Positions 19,049 through 28,273 of a DNA stretch of 64,000 nucleotides are shown here, one piece after another. Made by a program: the position numbers and the translations under genes. Position 1 is the first letter of the stretch, and each line of letters begins with the position of its first letter. The notes below the pieces were generated by a model that saw only the letters and a list, made by a program, of their open reading frames with translations, made no database searches and was not told the DNA's origin. This DNA is from Candidatus Hydrothermarchaeales archaeon (GTDB lineage: Archaea > Hydrothermarchaeota > Hydrothermarchaeia > Hydrothermarchaeales > JAZGAD01): positions 36,464 through 100,463 of the forward strand of contig JAZGAD010000012.1 in NCBI GenBank assembly GCA_036444275.1, given 5' to 3'.

Positions 19049-20065
19049 TCAGATAGCTCGAAGGGTCGCCTTCAAGTGCCGAATGGATGGGATCTGGGTT
19101 CGCAGGTAGTCCTCGCAGATTTGAATCGGGTATATTTGCCTGTCCCACCTAGAGCAGTTGGCGCGTATGCACTTCTCAGCTATCAGCCAAGAAGAGAATT
19201 TGTCAGCCGAGATCGTTGGTCCAGTATATTCAACCCTCAAGAGCCCCATTTCAGGATAATGGGGCGCATGAATCCGCAGGTAGAAAGAATTCACCTTGTA
19301 TCTAGGGGTACCTTCCCTCAGTTGCATGGAGAAGACCATGCTCCGGTAGTACTCGGGCATGCTCCATACCATCTGTTGGATCTCGGGGTACGCCTCTTGG
19401 AGATATATTGTAGCATGCGTCTTTATCACGCCCACTACCTGTTCTGTCTTCATAGAGCCGAAGATATTGCCATCTTTAATGAGCACGTCCCCCCTAGGCT
19501 GTTCAGCGATGAACCTGTGCATCAGGTCATGCTCTATTTCCTGTCGCAGCGCCCTTGACTTTATCATAGCCTTGCTCCTGATTTCGTTGAGGTCCCAGCA
19601 TTTATCAGCTCCTGTATCAGCTAGACCCTCGATGTCTCCCCATGCCTCGTAGAGAAAGCTTGGTACTAAGATCTTGTTCCTGTAGAGAGCTTTTAGGGGT
19701 GCGAATTTATCGCAGTGCCTTCTATGCATTATCACTGCGCCTGAGAAATGGAGGAAAATAGGCACCTTGAATCCATTGAAGTCGTAGTGCTTCCAGAGCA
19801 CGGTCCTCTGCACGCCGTCCATGAAGTAACTGAGCTTGCTCTCACCGCGGTATCCATCTTGTACCCTGTGTACGCCTGGGATCTCTAGAGGCTGGACCTC
19901 TATATTCTCAGGTAGATGCAGGCTACTGGGGAATTCTTGCAACTCTAGCTCCATAAACACAGTAGGGCTAAGACTGTCAGAGGTGGCTCTTTCGAATTCC
20001 CTAGCGCTCTCAAACCAATCCATCCTTCTTTCCATGAACCATAACCCTTTTGCCGATGGTATCAT
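19049..20065 (-). CDS. NurA-like nuclease (RNase H fold)
   Basis: YFMDGVQRT, LIKDG, VGVIKTH, SFYLRI, GLLRVE and YPIQICEDYLR motifs; 9 nt upstream of herA. Confidence 0.75.
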   Translation of the reverse strand: MIPSAKGLWFMERRMDWFESAREFERATSDSLSPTVFMELELQEFPSSLHLPENIEVQPLEIPGVHRVQDGYRGESKLSYFMDGVQRTVLWKHYDFNGFKVPIFLHFSGAVIMHRRHCDKFAPLKALYRNKILVPSFLYEAWGDIEGLADTGADKCWDLNEIRSKAMIKSRALRQEIEHDLMHRFIAEQPRGDVLIKDGNIFGSMKTEQVVGVIKTHATIYLQEAYPEIQQMVWSMPEYYRSMVFSMQLREGTPRYKVNSFYLRIHAPHYPEMGLLRVEYTGPTISADKFSSWLIAEKCIRANCSRWDRQIYPIQICEDYLRTQIPSIRHLKATLRAI

Positions 20066-20540
20066 TAAACTTGTCCTAGGGCGGCTGAAAAGTGAAAAGT
20101 AATAAACATGAACGATAAAAATAGAAAAACATGGGCTTTTCGACCGAAATAAACGGAATCAATATCCAAAATAAACGAACCTTGAGGGGTAATAAGAGTG
20201 GTTGTAAAATTATATATTGCTCTAAATAGCATGTATACTAGACGTTGAGACTCATGAAAAATCCTTCAATCCAATATACTTCTCAAATCCGAAATAAGTT
20301 GCAAATAGAAATCCCTTATTCAAGGATTATCGGGGGAGTATAGAATGAGAAATATAATCCACTTGGGATCGATACAACCCCTGAGGAGGTTCAATGGCTG
20401 CTTGTTCAGCGGTGAGGATGTTCCGGAGCTGGATGTCTCCCTTAACACTGACAACTATCCTACCCAAGAGTTCTCTGTAGCCAGACCTATGTATCAAAAG
20501 GGACCCGTGCCGACCATAAAGTTAGTTGGGGAGTAGAAAC

Positions 20541-23500
20541 ATGGAGTTTAGATATAGTGTAGCCTTCGTCATCTTGATTCCCACCCTCATATTTGGTCTC
20601 ATGTATTATGCCTCTCTGCCTCCAGGGGTTCAGGGTGATGTGGGTCGTGCTGTTGAGCGTCCTATTATATTGGAGGCTGCTGTTGAGCCTTTCAAGGTTC
20701 TCCCGGGAGACACTATGTTGGTCACGGCAGAAGTGGCTGATGATGTAGGAATAGCGGGTGTGATGGCTGATATGGGTGGTATTGAGTCTATTGATCTCGT
20801 TTTGGTTAATGGCACGATTCATCGGGGTGTTTGGCGGGGTGAGTGGTTTGTGCATGATACCGAGGTCAGGGAGTATAATGCGACTATCACGGCGGTAAAC
20901 ATCCTGGGAGAAAGCACTTCTCAAAACGTCGCCTGGTCCGACCCCATTGAGAACCTTTCTGCAACTGTAGAAACTCTCTACGTGCTCACCTCCCAGATGA
21001 GCATTACGGGATGCACTCTTACAACCGAGAGGGAAAGCCACGGCCCCAGTGATAACATCTCTGCATCGGTTGATGGAAAATGGGTTTCAGCCGGCTGCAG
21101 GTGGGAGTTTGAGATGGATAATGCAACGCTGACCGACAACACCTTTGTCAGTGCAAATATAACCATAAGGCATTATGCATCCTCGGGGTACGACAATGAT
21201 ATAGCATTACTGCAGTACTCGATGGACGGTGGTCTGAACTGGGATATTCTGGAGACGTTTAATTCCTCGAATCCCATTCCCTTAACACCCATCACGAAGA
21301 CCTATGCCGCTCCCCTGATAACTTCCTGGGAGCATGTAAGCAATACTATAGTCCGCCTAGTTGCTGAGGAGAAGACGGGCGGCGTTGACACTTGGACATG
21401 GTATGTTGATTTCATAAAGCTCGATGTCAACTTTAGTCAGACCGCCCCTCTTGCCAAGAGAGTCTTCCATGTTCACGACGGCCAGGTGAGCAGCAATCTT
21501 ACATCCGGTAGCGGGAAAGGGCATGCCCGCTCAGCCATAATAGTCTGGAATCGCAACGACACAAGTATGAGCTTCACGAACATCAGCGATACCTACAGAG
21601 ACCCCATCATCAACTCCCTTAACGGCTCCAGTCCACTAGGTGCTACCCTCTCCGGCAACAAGACAGTGGCATGGGCATCTCAGAGCATCTCTGCAAAGAA
21701 TCTCAGCGTCTTTTCTTACTACTGGTACCGCACAACGACCAGTTACCCCGGCGGGAATGTAACCACCAACGCGACCGATGATGAGGGAAGCGGTAAAAGG
21801 ATTTATGGAGATATAAATACCTCAGCTGGTCCTGCAGCAAACATAATCACGCAAATCCAGGACAATATATCTATGAGATGGGACTATGGGGTGTGGAATG
21901 TCATCCAGAACAAAACCAGGAACTTTTCCATACGCCTTGCTACGTGGCAGTGCTCGGCATCACTGAGTACCAGCACTACCCCTGTGCTCTGGGTCAGGGT
22001 TCCCGGGGGATGGAGCAACGTAAGTGGCGCAGGCTGGACGATCTTCGGAAGCGTCGACGAAGGCTGGACATTGAGCAGGAGGGATATGCCTGATGCCTTT
22101 AACGATACTAGCTGTGGCAACGGTGCCTACTCAACGGATTGGAATTTCACCGCAACCTCTCCCTCAGTATCTGAAGCCACCCCCTACGTATTTGACACAA
22201 GGCTTGACTACACTGACAGCAATAGCAGGATTCACCATACAGTTGGGGAGCACCTCGTCCAAGTTGTCATAGATGCTGAGAAGCCTACGTTTGACGGTAA
22301 TACGGCTATAAACACTACTGTTGCGGGTAGTGGTGGTGTGGTGAAGCTTAATGAGACCGTCAACGACAACGTGGGGGTTGAGAGTGTCTGGTTTACGGTG
22401 AACGGCACCAATTATACCTTCAACGGCTCCTCTGGCAATGAGTACTATTTGCTGTGGACTTGCAGCGCCAATGAAAATTATTCTTGGAGTGCGATATATG
22501 CCAAGGATTACGCGGACAACTTCAACAGCGCTACGGTTGACCCGGCTTTGAATTGGACCTGCGACTTAACACCGCCCACCGTGGCAAATACCAGTGTCGA
22601 CCTGACCAGTGTCCCCCGTGATACCCTGATTTGTGTGAATCACACCGCCAACGATACCTGGGGTAGTTTGAATGAGACTTGGGTCATGATCACCTATCCG
22701 GGTGCTGAGAATACTTCGAACTTCACTACCAGCGACACGGGCCCGTACTGTGCTGGTGAGGCTGACGACGGCTGGTACGGCACAGAGATCAACGTGGGCA
22801 ACACGCCGGGCAATTTGACTGTAAATACGTCTTACGCCAACGACACCGTGGCCAACCTCGGATTCCAAACTCCATTTCCAAACCTAACCGTGGAGGTAAT
22901 CGGCGTCATGGTGCCCTCTATTAGAGTCTACAGGGAGCAACCCACCTACGTTGGACCAGACAAGAATATGAGCATCAGATTCTTCATCTGGAACGATTTA
23001 AATGCGACGCGCGGCACTGACAGCACGACCCTCATAGAAGACTACGACGATGCTTGGAGTGGTATTGACCCCTGCTGCGGGGGCACTGACAACGGAACGC
23101 ACGTCATCTGGAACTTGGGTTCTTTGGGTATAGACGACGTGACCACCGTCTACTACAACATTACTGCTAACACAGAGCAAGGGACCTTCTCGGCATATAC
23201 GAATTACACTTACGGTGTTAACTGGAACGAGACTACGCCGGACTCCTACAACACCAGCGTCTCCAGCGGCGGTGCATACTTCGATGCGGAGCTTGACTTG
23301 ATAGCTGGAGGTATGTTGGATAGGACTATTTCGAATGGCACCAACTACACCGCGAGAATCACCCTCAAGAACATAGGAAATGCTTCCACCGACTACTATA
23401 TGGTTCAGTACTACTGGATATTCAATAAGTCCGGCTGGAATGTCTCTGTCCTCTCAGGTTGCGATCAGTCTAAAGTATTCGACTACAACTCTAGCCATAA

Positions 23501-26500
23501 GGCTCTGGAATGCAACATCACTTCCCGCATCAACCCCGGGGAAAGCGTATCCTTCACATTCAACGTGAACTCTACCGCACTGGGTCACACCGAGGCAGTG
23601 ATATCAAATGCTACATACGATCCACCCGTGGCCTCTGAGGCTTCGGTGGGAGAACCTTCGCTTGATCATGGAGATATGAAAATCAAGGTTGTCTCCACAG
23701 GGTTAGAGATTGATGGAGGGAGGGGCAAGCCGTTTAATTCCGTATTCATACTCCTGCTGGCCGTCTTCTTACTCTTCAGTGTAACCTTAGGGATTATCGA
23801 TAGAGGGGATGCAGAGTTTAGCTATGGCGTTGTTTTCGCTATCTTGGTCCCTACTATTGTCTTTGGTTTTATGTACTATTCCTTGGATTCGGGGGTTCAG
23901 GGTGAGGTCGGTCGTGCTGTTGAGCGTCCTATTATAGTGGAGGCTGGTGTTGAGCCTGTCAAGGTTCTCCCAGGAGATACTATGTTGGTTACGGCGGAAG
24001 TGATTGATGATGTAGGAATAGCGGGTGTGACGGCTGATATGGGGGGAATTGAGTCTATTGTTCTCGCTTTGGTTAATGGCACGATTAATCGGGGTGTTTG
24101 GCGGGGTGAGTGGCTTGTGCATGATACTGAGGTTAGGGGGTATAATGCGACTATCACGGCGGTAAACATCTTGGGAGAAAGCACTTCTCAAAACGTCGCC
24201 TGGTTAGATACACCTGACCCCCCGGAGGTCTTCCACATCCATGATAACTACTTCGACAATGACGTTAATCCACCAAGGGGGGGTGGCGCTGGCAATGGAT
24301 TTTTCAGGGTCATCATCCTCCTCTGGAACAACAACTCAGGAAGCACCACTTACACAAACATCAATGACACCTACACTTACCCCACCAGAGACCTCATCGA
24401 TGCTCTGGTAAACTCTTCGCCCACCGCGCAACGCATCCCAAGCAGTGTCTACTGGACGAGCCAGCAGTATACCGTATCTGCTAAAAACTTCAGCCTTTTC
24501 AGATATGACTGGCAAATGAAGAGAAGGCCGGAACCGAGCGCCGAATCTATAGAGGCGAGTGCCACTGACAACGGCGGCGAATCGACCACGGTGTCTTACG
24601 GAAACATAATTGCTCCAGGTGGTCCTGCAGCGTATATTATAACCCAGATCAACGGTAGTGAACAAGGATTCGGATACGGGGTGTGGGACGTGATGGGAGG
24701 CAGCTCCAGGGATTACTCAATAAGATTGGAATCGCCAGTATGCACGTCAGCGTTGGATACCAGTGCATGCACTCCTGACCTGACGGTGAGGATCCCCGGC
24801 GTCTGGAACATAACAGATTGGCCGGGATGGGCAAAGACCGGAAGTGAGATTAATGGCTGGACCCTGACTAGGACGGACATGCCGAATGGCTTCAACGACT
24901 CGGTCTGCGGCTCGCCATCACAGTATTCCACCGACTCAGGCTTGGGTTGGACACCAACGGATTGGAGTTTTACGGCGATTGCACCTTCTCCCCCCACTAC
25001 CAGCAGATACGTCTTCAATACGACCCTGCAATATTGCGATGACCAAACTCAAACCCACGACACTGTTGGGGAACACCTCGTCCAGGTTGCTCCGGATACC
25101 GAGGCGCCTAGTTTTGGCAACCAGGCCGGTGTTAATGCTACTATTGCTGGTAGTAATAAGGTGGTGAAGCTTAACGAGAGCGTCAGCGACAACGTGGGGG
25201 TTGAGAGTGTCTTGTTCACGGTGAACGATTACAATTATACATTCAACGGCTCCTCGGGCAGTGAGTTTTATTTGTTGTGGACCTGTAGCGCCAATGAAAA
25301 TTACTCTTGGAGTGCGATTTATGCTATTGATAGCTCGAACAACTTGAATGGTTCCATATCTGGTTTGCCTTTGAATTGGACTTGTGACGTGACAGCGCCT
25401 AGTGTGGGGAATACGAGTGTCGACCTGACCAATGCCTTCGCTGGTACTGTGGTGTGTGTGAATCATACTGCTAGTGATATTGGGGGTAGTTTGAATGAGA
25501 CTTGGGTCATGATCACCTACCCAAATGGCGATACTTCAAACCGCAACACTAATGATACTGGTGTGTGGTGTGCTGGTGAAGCTGATGATGGCTGGTACGG
25601 CAAGGAGATCAATGTTGGTGGTTCGGAGGGTAATTTGACTGTGAATACGTCTTACGCCAACGACACCGCGGGTAACTTGGGGGTCCAAACTCCCTTCCCA
25701 AACCTAACCATAGAGGTAGTGGGGGATGCTGAGGCGCCTACGTTTGGCAACGATCCGGGTAGGAATGCTACTATTGTTGGTAATGGTAGTGTGGTAAAGC
25801 TTAATGAGACCGTCAACGACACTGGGGTGGGGGTAGACATTGTCTTGTTCACGGTGAACGGCACCAACTACACCTACACGAACTCCTCTGGTGATGAGTT
25901 TTATTTGCTGTGGACTTGCAACGATAATAGCAACTATTCTTGGAGTGCGATTTATGCTAATGATAGTGCTGGTAACTTGAATGGTTCCATATCTGGCTTG
26001 CCTTTGAATTGGACGTGTGACGTGACACCGCCTACCGTGGGGAATACGAGTGTAAACGCGACCAGTGTACTTGCCGACAGTGTGGTGTGTGTGAATCATA
26101 CTGCTAGTGATATTGGGGGTGTTTTGAATGAGACTTGGGTCATGATCACTGATCAAAATGGCGATACTTCGAACGTCCTTACTAATGATACTGGTGTGTG
26201 GTGTGCTGGTGGGGTTGGTGATGGCTGGTACGGCGAGGAGATCAATGTTGGTGGTTCGGAGGGTAATTTGACTGTGAATACGTCGTATGCTAATGATAGT
26301 GCGGGTAACTTGGGGGTCGATCCCGCCTTCCCGAACTTAACTGTAGAGGTAACGGTCGAGGAGGATAATGAGGCGCCTACGTTTGGCAACGTGACCGGTG
26401 TTAACGTCACCATCGCTGGTAGTGGTGGTGTGGTTAAGCTTAACGAAACTGTCAGCGACAACGTGGGGGTAAACGTCACCTTGTTCACGGTGAATGGCTT

Positions 26501-27815
26501 CAATTATACTGCCAACAGCTCCGATGGCGAGAAATATTTGCTCTGGAACTGCAACGATAATGCAACTTACTCTTGGACTGTTATATACGCCAATGATAGT
26601 GAGGGCAACGCGAATAGTTCCACGTCTGGTTTACCTTTGAATTGGACCTGCGACTTAACACCGCCTACCGTGGGGAATACAAGTATCAACGTGACCAGTG
26701 TACTTGCTGGTTCTGTGATTTGTGTGAATCATACTGCCAATGATACGTGGGGTGTTTTGAATGAGACTTGGGTCATGATCACCTATCCAGATGGCTCAGT
26801 CGACAACGTGAGCACCAACGACACGGGTGTGAGCTGTGCTGACACTGCTGACGACAACTGGTACGGCGCAGAGATCAACGTGGGCAACACGCCGGGCAAC
26901 CTTACTGTGAATACGTCTTACGCCAACGACACAGCGGGTAACTTGGGTGTCCAAATACCCTCCCCAAACAAAACCGTGACGGTAATCGATAACCAGATCC
27001 CATGGTACACCGCTGACTCGGACAATTCCAACGGCTTAGTGACCAACGATACCATGGTGAACGTCTCGGTCTATTGGCAGGACGCTGGGGGGCTGGATAC
27101 AGCCATCCTCAGGACAAATGAGAGCGGGACCTGGAAAAATATCAGCAGTGTAAACCTGAGCGGAACTGATGCCTGGGCGAACTTCACCATAAACACTTCC
27201 AACGCTACGGGCAATACCACTTGCTGGAATCAGTACGCCAACGACAACTCTAACAACCTGAACACGAGCATGCTCACCACTGAGCACTGCTTCTACGTAG
27301 TTAATGCCCCTAAGGGCTATTATATCTACACCAGTGAGAACTTCTTCGTCAGGGTGCGGTATCGGCCACCAACGTGGGGGTCCTACAACGATTCAACTCA
27401 CCAAACCCTTGAGGAGATATTCTACAATGACACTACAGCCCCTGTAGGGGATAGGCATAACGTGTATATGTACGGAGAAAACTATCGGGTCAACACTCAA
27501 TACGAGGTTATATATTATTACCCAGATGGTGACTTGGTAGCTACTCAGTATTCCACCTCGAACGCGGATGGAGAACTCCTGGATGTATTTGACGCCGATG
27601 GTTATGAAGCGGGAATCAATTATACCTCAGCGGTCTGCCTATCAGGTTGCCCAGCTCCTTACAATGTGGATGATTCAGACATCATCGCAGTGGACATTTT
27701 CGAGGTCCAAGATGCATTGGTATTACCGGAATTTGGATATGTATTAATCCCACTTTTGACGTCTGGCGCGGCCTATCTATGGCTGAGGAGGAGGTTTAAG
27801 GGTGAACAAGCTTAG
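20541..27815 (+). CDS. Giant (~2,420 aa) cell-surface glycoprotein with internal duplications and PEF-CTERM sorting signal
   Basis: N-terminal TM, two central TMs, very many NxS/T sequons, repeated beta-rich modules, C-terminal LPEF+TM+RRR; start trimmed to ATG at 20541. Confidence 0.85.
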   Translation: MEFRYSVAFVILIPTLIFGLMYYASLPPGVQGDVGRAVERPIILEAAVEPFKVLPGDTMLVTAEVADDVGIAGVMADMGGIESIDLVLVNGTIHRGVWRGEWFVHDTEVREYNATITAVNILGESTSQNVAWSDPIENLSATVETLYVLTSQMSITGCTLTTERESHGPSDNISASVDGKWVSAGCRWEFEMDNATLTDNTFVSANITIRHYASSGYDNDIALLQYSMDGGLNWDILETFNSSNPIPLTPITKTYAAPLITSWEHVSNTIVRLVAEEKTGGVDTWTWYVDFIKLDVNFSQTAPLAKRVFHVHDGQVSSNLTSGSGKGHARSAIIVWNRNDTSMSFTNISDTYRDPIINSLNGSSPLGATLSGNKTVAWASQSISAKNLSVFSYYWYRTTTSYPGGNVTTNATDDEGSGKRIYGDINTSAGPAANIITQIQDNISMRWDYGVWNVIQNKTRNFSIRLATWQCSASLSTSTTPVLWVRVPGGWSNVSGAGWTIFGSVDEGWTLSRRDMPDAFNDTSCGNGAYSTDWNFTATSPSVSEATPYVFDTRLDYTDSNSRIHHTVGEHLVQVVIDAEKPTFDGNTAINTTVAGSGGVVKLNETVNDNVGVESVWFTVNGTNYTFNGSSGNEYYLLWTCSANENYSWSAIYAKDYADNFNSATVDPALNWTCDLTPPTVANTSVDLTSVPRDTLICVNHTANDTWGSLNETWVMITYPGAENTSNFTTSDTGPYCAGEADDGWYGTEINVGNTPGNLTVNTSYANDTVANLGFQTPFPNLTVEVIGVMVPSIRVYREQPTYVGPDKNMSIRFFIWNDLNATRGTDSTTLIEDYDDAWSGIDPCCGGTDNGTHVIWNLGSLGIDDVTTVYYNITANTEQGTFSAYTNYTYGVNWNETTPDSYNTSVSSGGAYFDAELDLIAGGMLDRTISNGTNYTARITLKNIGNASTDYYMVQYYWIFNKSGWNVSVLSGCDQSKVFDYNSSHKALECNITSRINPGESVSFTFNVNSTALGHTEAVISNATYDPPVASEASVGEPSLDHGDMKIKVVSTGLEIDGGRGKPFNSVFILLLAVFLLFSVTLGIIDRGDAEFSYGVVFAILVPTIVFGFMYYSLDSGVQGEVGRAVERPIIVEAGVEPVKVLPGDTMLVTAEVIDDVGIAGVTADMGGIESIVLALVNGTINRGVWRGEWLVHDTEVRGYNATITAVNILGESTSQNVAWLDTPDPPEVFHIHDNYFDNDVNPPRGGGAGNGFFRVIILLWNNNSGSTTYTNINDTYTYPTRDLIDALVNSSPTAQRIPSSVYWTSQQYTVSAKNFSLFRYDWQMKRRPEPSAESIEASATDNGGESTTVSYGNIIAPGGPAAYIITQINGSEQGFGYGVWDVMGGSSRDYSIRLESPVCTSALDTSACTPDLTVRIPGVWNITDWPGWAKTGSEINGWTLTRTDMPNGFNDSVCGSPSQYSTDSGLGWTPTDWSFTAIAPSPPTTSRYVFNTTLQYCDDQTQTHDTVGEHLVQVAPDTEAPSFGNQAGVNATIAGSNKVVKLNESVSDNVGVESVLFTVNDYNYTFNGSSGSEFYLLWTCSANENYSWSAIYAIDSSNNLNGSISGLPLNWTCDVTAPSVGNTSVDLTNAFAGTVVCVNHTASDIGGSLNETWVMITYPNGDTSNRNTNDTGVWCAGEADDGWYGKEINVGGSEGNLTVNTSYANDTAGNLGVQTPFPNLTIEVVGDAEAPTFGNDPGRNATIVGNGSVVKLNETVNDTGVGVDIVLFTVNGTNYTYTNSSGDEFYLLWTCNDNSNYSWSAIYANDSAGNLNGSISGLPLNWTCDVTPPTVGNTSVNATSVLADSVVCVNHTASDIGGVLNETWVMITDQNGDTSNVLTNDTGVWCAGGVGDGWYGEEINVGGSEGNLTVNTSYANDSAGNLGVDPAFPNLTVEVTVEEDNEAPTFGNVTGVNVTIAGSGGVVKLNETVSDNVGVNVTLFTVNGFNYTANSSDGEKYLLWNCNDNATYSWTVIYANDSEGNANSSTSGLPLNWTCDLTPPTVGNTSINVTSVLAGSVICVNHTANDTWGVLNETWVMITYPDGSVDNVSTNDTGVSCADTADDNWYGAEINVGNTPGNLTVNTSYANDTAGNLGVQIPSPNKTVTVIDNQIPWYTADSDNSNGLVTNDTMVNVSVYWQDAGGLDTAILRTNESGTWKNISSVNLSGTDAWANFTINTSNATGNTTCWNQYANDNSNNLNTSMLTTEHCFYVVNAPKGYYIYTSENFFVRVRYRPPTWGSYNDSTHQTLEEIFYNDTTAPVGDRHNVYMYGENYRVNTQYEVIYYYPDGDLVATQYSTSNADGELLDVFDADGYEAGINYTSAVCLSGCPAPYNVDDSDIIAVDIFEVQDALVLPEFGYVLIPLLTSGAAYLWLRRRFKGEQA
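20544..24203 (+). repeat. Duplicated N-terminal module (20544-20936 and 23814-24203)
   Basis: Near-identical DNA and protein (GRAVERPII.EA.VEP.KVLPGDTMLVTAEV.DDVGIAGV...STSQNVAW). Confidence 0.9.
22272..26990 (+). repeat. Four ~210-aa Cys-containing repeats (approx. 22272, 25095, 25725, 26367)
   Basis: Recurring VVKLNE.V.DN.GV, LLW.C, LNWTCD.T.P.V.NTS, LNETWVMIT and NLTVNTSYAND motifs. Confidence 0.9.
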
Positions 27816-28239
27816 GATCGTTTACATCGCATCTCTCGTGGTCTTTGTCAGTCTCATCGCTTTCATAGGGTATTCACTGTTCCGTCAGGCGAACCCCGAG
27901 GATGGTCCTGGGACGGACGTGAGCTATGGTCTGATCGAGCGCAACGACTATTCTATCATCCAGTTCATTATCTCTAACAAGGAGGGTCGCGAGCTACATT
28001 ACATGATCCGTGCCTACATCGATGAAAATACGTTGTGGGATGTATCATTCCCCATTAAACCGGGCAGAACCTTTCAATACAGACGCCCCATCTACCGGGG
28101 GGATAGGGAAAAGGTGGTGAATATCTTGATCTACAGGATGGGTGAGGAGGGCGTGATCTATGAGACAGGAGAGTTTGCAGAGCGCATACACGAGCAAGAG
28201 CTCATAGAGAACGTTACGTATAGCATTAAAGCGAAGTGA
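27802..28239 (+). CDS. Hypothetical membrane-anchored protein
   Basis: N-terminal TM followed by a beta-rich domain; overlaps the stop of the giant gene. Confidence 0.65.
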   Translation: MNKLRIVYIASLVVFVSLIAFIGYSLFRQANPEDGPGTDVSYGLIERNDYSIIQFIISNKEGRELHYMIRAYIDENTLWDVSFPIKPGRTFQYRRPIYRGDREKVVNILIYRMGEEGVIYETGEFAERIHEQELIENVTYSIKAK

Positions 28240-28273
28240 TTTTGTATTTATAGTCAACCCATGAATGGAAGTC

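Noticed and set aside
20345-20536. 63-aa ORF upstream of the giant gene
   Set aside because: No recognisable motif; it could be real but cannot be supported from sequence alone.
22272-26990. Repeats as a CRISPR array or DGR template/variable pair
   Set aside because: They are in-frame ~630-bp coding repeats with no spacers, no adenine-specific differences that I could see, and no reverse transcriptase in the window.
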